Part shown: in pieces, positions 59,597 through 64,000 of the stretch
Numbering within the stretch: the stretch's first letter is position 1
How the letters are laid out: every line of letters starts with the position of its first letter
Assembly: GCF_000372725.1 (NCBI RefSeq)
Contig: NW_005201791.1
Coordinates: 293,380 to 357,379 of the forward strand
Length of the DNA stretch: 64,000 bases
Direction of reading: 5' to 3'
Origin: Emiliania huxleyi CCMP1516
Lineage: Eukaryota
The notes under the pieces: generated by a model
The model's input: only the letters and a program-made list of their open reading frames with translations
What the model was told of the DNA's origin: nothing
The model's database searches: none
Position numbers and translations under genes: made by a program

Positions 59597-60470
59597 CTAG
59601 TCCCAGGAGGAAGGCGCCGGCGGGCCTCCCTCTCGCGGCGAGCCTCCCTCGCCGCCACACGCCGCCAGCGCCTCCCGCGCGATCCGCTCCAGGCTCGGCG
59701 GCGCCGTGAGCGCGTGGTCGTCGTCGAGGAGGACGAGCCTGGCCAGAGGGCTGGCGTGTACAAAGGCCTCGCTCAGCGAGGGCGGCACCACCTCGTCGCG
59801 ACGGCCGTGCAGCACAACGGCCTCCGTGCTCACCGCGGGCGTGCCCGCCTCGGCCCGGGTCTGCTCCACAAAGGACCAGGGCACCTGCCGGCGGGCGTGG
59901 AGAGGCGTGGGGGGAGAGAGGGGGAGGGCGCGCATGCGGCTGGAGAGCGGCGGCTGGAGAGCGGTAGGCGTAGGAGGGCGGAGGTCCAAGGTCGGATGCA
60001 TTCGTGGCGGAGGAGCGTGGTGAGCTGGTGAGCCGCGCACTCCCTCCCTCGGCACCTGGCAAGGCTCGCCGGTGGACGGCATTGCAAAGGTCCGAGCGCC
60101 GTCGCGCCGCCACGCCTCGAGCGCGGCGGTCCCAACGATGCACTCCCACCTCCTCCCCAGTTCGAAGCCTGGGTTCAGCAGCAGCAGCCGCCGCACCCTC
60201 CCGGGATGAAGCTCCGCATAGCGCGCCGCCGCCCAGCCGCCGAAGCTCGAGCCGACCAGCGTGAGCGGAACGCCGCCTGCCCGCTGCCAGTGCGCCTGCA
60301 GCGCGTCGAGGGCCGACTGCGGCGTGAGGGCCGCCGGACCCGCCCCGCCGTTCAGGGTGAGCAGCTCGAGATCGATGCCGTGCCGCGCCAAGCGCTCGCG
60401 GAGGAAGCGGCCCTTTGACGACTGCGCCGAGGAGAGGAAGCCGTGCGCGTAGGCGACGCTGCTGATGGGT
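59597..60470 (-). CDS. YqiA/YcfP (UPF0227)-type esterase; start codon not found
   Basis: YAHGFLSSAQSSK, LVGSSFGG, LLNPGF, LHGRRDEVVP, DDDHAL; one intron at ~59885-60055. Confidence 0.75.
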
Positions 60471-60630
60471 CGTGCGATGATGATGGATGGCGACGGCTAC
60501 AGTTTTCCGGCTGTAGCTACGAGTAGCGTTGGCACGGCATTCCTTGGCCGGCAAATTTTTTTTTCTGCCGCTCACCTGAAGAATATCGCGCACCGAACGG
60601 CACCTTCCCGACGTTCTCGTCTCTCCAGGC

Positions 60631-61954
60631 ATGACCACCGCTGCGATTCTCCTATTCGCCGCGCCCTGTGCGGCGCTCGTCACTCCGGGCACGGTCGGTA
60701 CTGCGATCCGCCCGCCTCCGAACCGCGAGGAGATGCTCGCGCAGGCTGCGGCCGCTGTGGGCCGCGCCCGTGCCGATGGCGTCAACCGCCACACGCTGCG
60801 CCTCTTCCTGCCGCGCGGCGATGGGCTGAGTCCGCCCGACGAATCGTGGGAGGGCGGCATTATGCAGCTCTTCGCGGCCTGCTCACCACTCACCCGCGAC
60901 CTGCTGCGCCGCCTCTCCACGGAGGTGGCCGGCGTGCCTCCGTCGCTCAACGAGCAGCGGCTGGACGTGTCGGGCGTCGACGGCGAGAGCGTCTGGTTCG
61001 CGCAGTCCTCGCAGCCGGAGGACGACTGCGTTGGCCTCGTCCAGCCGACGCCGGACCGGCTCGCCACGATCCGCAAGCTTTGCAGCGAGTGCGGTGCGCG
61101 GCCGCTGCTCATGGTCAACCCGCAGTGGCGCGAGGGCGACGACCCCTTTGACGCGCTCTCTCGCAAGGGCGGTCTGCTCGGCGCGCTGGGCAACGCGCTC
61201 GGCGGCAAGGCGGCGCTGCAAAAGGAGCGTCCCGGGCTCGGAGTGCGGTGGAAAGCCCAGCTATCTGCTCCCATCCAACGCACGGTTTCTTTCTGTGTAG
61301 GAGCTGTCCGCGCTCGGCTTTGTGGACGTGTACACGCTGAGTGAGTACGTCTGCCGCGGCTCGCGCATCTGCCTGCAGCTCAGCTACCCGCTCGGCTGGA
61401 CGGCACTTCCTAGACACTTCCTAGACACTTCCTAGACTGCCTGCAGCTCAGCTACCCGCTCAGCTGGACGGCGCGCCGCTTAGACGACCCGAGCTCGCCC
61501 GAGCTCGCCCGAGCTCGCCCGAGATCACCCGAGATTGGCCGAGATTGGCGGCACGGCCCTCGACGGTGGGCTCCGTGAACGGCGCCTGAGCTTGGCGGTG
61601 GAGTAGGCGTGCTACTTTGCGCCGGAGAGCGAGAGGTGGGAGCCGCTCCTGGAGGGGAAGGAGAGCCGCCCAACCTACCAGGCAGATGCCGCCGAGATGC
61701 CGGCGAGATGCCGGCGAGATCGCGGCGAGATCGCGGCGAGATGCCGGCGAGATGCCGGCGAGAGCGCGGCGAGAGCGCGGCGAGAGCGCGGCGAGGGCGC
61801 GGCGAGGGCGCGGCGAGAGCGGGCGGAGGAGGGCTGAGATTGCGATCGTGCCGATCTCTCTCGCCCGATTTCCCCACAGGCCATCGAGGAGGCGCTGCAG
61901 GAGAGCGAGGTGCCGTTCCGTTTCACGACCTACGACCTCGACAACATCGTCTGA
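60631..61954 (+). CDS. DUF1995 (LPA3-like) protein, probably plastid-targeted, 4 exons
   Basis: Signal peptide, EMLAQAAAAV.RA..DG, DESWEGGIMQL, RPLLMVNPQW, LQLSYPLGWT|ACYF...RPTYQ|AIEEAL. Confidence 0.75.
61682..61820 (+). repeat. Intronic 11-bp tandem array (GGCGAGATGCC/GGCGAGAGCGC)n starting at the 5' splice site
   Basis: Read directly. Confidence 0.9.
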
Positions 61955-62629
61955 GTCGGGTCTCTCTGGTCTCTGGTCTCTCTGGTCTCTGGTGCCTGGT
62001 GCCCACGGGCGCGCGGCAGACACGGCGTTCGGTGGCCGCGGCGGCGCGCCTCGGCGGGTGTCGCGTCGGTGTGGCTTCGCGGTCCCTGCATGGGTCAGTC
62101 CGTCTGCAGGACGGTCAGTCCGGATGAGGGTCGTCCGGCGGTGTTCGGTTATTCTGTTCTCTCTCTGAGGTCTGACGGTGGGGGCGCACCGTTTCGGTCG
62201 AGCGTGTGCCAACGTGGCTCGGGGCTCGGGCGCCCCCTCTATTCTCGGTGTGTCTGCAGGGGTCTCGGCTCTCTCGCTTGGGTCGGTTTGGAAAGCGACC
62301 CACCCCACAGGCGCCAGGGCGCAGGCGCAGGGGCAAATATACATGATACAAAAAGGTTGCCATGAATGAGCGGTGGCACGTGCCAGCGAGACCGAAGCGC
62401 CTGCGCGCCGTAGTACAATGGTACGGTTGAGTTGTGCCGGTTGACGGTTGTCCGCCCCGGTCCTGTACTGTAGTACAAGTGAGCCGTACACGACTCGCGT
62501 GTGTCGCGAGTACTGACGGCGTCCGGGCCGCTCTGGGTGGCGGGAGGCCACGGCGTGCAGCACTCGCCGCGGCGGCGGCTCTACTTTTTCTTTTTGGCCT
62601 GCAGAGGGCGGGAGGGACGGACCGGGCTT

Positions 62630-63314
62630 AGCAAGGGAGGCGCGGCAGAGAGGTCGGCGGCGGCGAGGCTGGTGGCTACAGCAGCGGCGGCGGCGGATGC
62701 GTGCGGGCCACCGCTGTCATCAGCGGCAAGCTACGCAGCGCCAGGTAAGGACAGCGGCGGTGGCGATTGCGGCGGCGGCGGCGGAGGCGGCGGCGGCGGC
62801 GGTGGAGGCGGAGGCGGCGGCAGCGTGAGAGACGGGTGCCGGCGGGAGTGCGGTGTCATGCGCTTGCGCGGTACCGGCGGCAAATCTCGGCTAATCTCGC
62901 GCCTGCGCGGCGGCCGACTGCTCTCGCATGGAGAGAAACAGGACGGGGAGCACGATGCAGAGGCCCATGAGCAGCGCGGGCCCAAACATGCAGAGCCCGA
63001 TGAGCTGCTCGCCGACGTACGCGCGGCACGGCGCGATCCACTGCTCCTCGATGGACTCGAGCATCCACACCTCACGACGACAGGAGGCGAGCGCGCTTAG
63101 TGATCCGTGCGGCCGCCGAAGCACACAGCTGGTCGCTGTGGCCTGTGCGGTGCGAGCACACCTCAAACTCACTCGCCGATGTGTCTGAGGGCTTGACGTC
63201 GCGCATGCCGCGGATCGGCGGCAGCTCGTCACACCGACAGACCGTCAGCAGCGCGAGGGCAGCGGCCCTCGAGGCGGACGAGGCGGACGAGGCGGACGAG
63301 GGAGGGTAGTGCAT
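62630..63314 (-). CDS. Small hypothetical membrane protein, multi-exon
   Basis: MHYPP...AAALALLTVCRC...EFE|VWMLESIEEQW...LIGLCMFGPALLMGLCIVLPVLFL; the 3' end is uncertain. Confidence 0.3.
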
Positions 63315-64000
63315 ATGCACACACATAGGTACGGAGCCCTCGCTGGCGTCCGCGATCCTCGCGACCTCGACCGGCGGCGCAGGTCCTGTCTGCTATAGAT
63401 CGCTATAGCCGCAGCCACTCCCAGCTGCTCGGTGTGAACTCCCGAGCAAGAGGGACTCGAGATCCCTCGAGGGGTCACGCGGAGTCGGCTGGGGCTATAC
63501 CAGACAGGTCTCTTGTCGCCGTCGTCGCTGAGGTCGAGGGCATACCCTGACCTTCTACGCCTGGTGGAGAGGGGCGATTTGCCAGAGGACGACGTGACGG
63601 CGACCACTCCTCTGGTGGCCGGCCGCGAGGCAACGGCTTCGTTACATACACATTACATACATATATACACACACATGAATAAACCTGGCGAGTAGTGGTG
63701 TGCCCCCCCCTTGCCCCACCACTTGTGTGTGTGGAGAAATTTACCTTACCTTACCTTACCCTGGTGTGGTGTCCACGATGCGTACGAAGACGAGAACTTT
63801 GTGAGGGGTCCAACACGACAACGGACAGCCTCCGTAGCTCCGCTGCACTGTGCACACACTGCACTGGACCGGTATTGCGGTATACTCTTGCACACGCCTG
63901 GGTCGCCTCTCAGAGCCTTCTCACTCAAACACGCGTCCGGCGAACTTTCCGACACGACACAACGCTCAACGGTCGTAGACACCGTCTCACTTAGCTTGGC

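Noticed and set aside
59565..61283. Long antisense or alternate-frame ORFs (572 aa here; also 5622-6989, 36499-37788, 32322-33509)
   Set aside because: Arg/Ala/Pro-rich shadows of real genes, expected at this GC content; no motifs.

Overview
This is GC-rich eukaryotic genomic DNA with two 100-N gaps. The spliceosomal introns often use GC donors and carry short tandem repeats; this style and the gene families suggest a haptophyte such as Emiliania/Gephyrocapsa huxleyi (inference, no database search). The window is an accessory-type patchwork of intact genes, broken fragments and mobile DNA. Apparently intact or near-intact genes: a head-to-head pair of Orai-like 4-TM genes, a mucolipin/TRPML-like channel, a tandem SAM methyltransferase, a five-domain TauD/aldolase-II/PhyH/PhyH-like/HTTM-like fusion, a HET-like+LRR protein, a bacterial-type SDR, a sulfotransferase/fucosyltransferase-like/FkbM trio, two esterases and a DUF1995 gene. 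Truncated or broken pieces: ankyrin, GH16-like, phytocyanin, MgtC, RING, a half adenylyl cyclase and a large lectin-bearing toxin-like gene. Mobile DNA includes CRE-like non-LTR retroelements and short dispersed repeats. The most striking unexplained pattern is at splice sites: 13-44 bp of exon or splice-site sequence is repeatedly duplicated around an inserted array of 10-11-bp tandem units, suggesting an active intron-building or remodelling mechanism. Exon boundaries and products were read by eye and are tentative.
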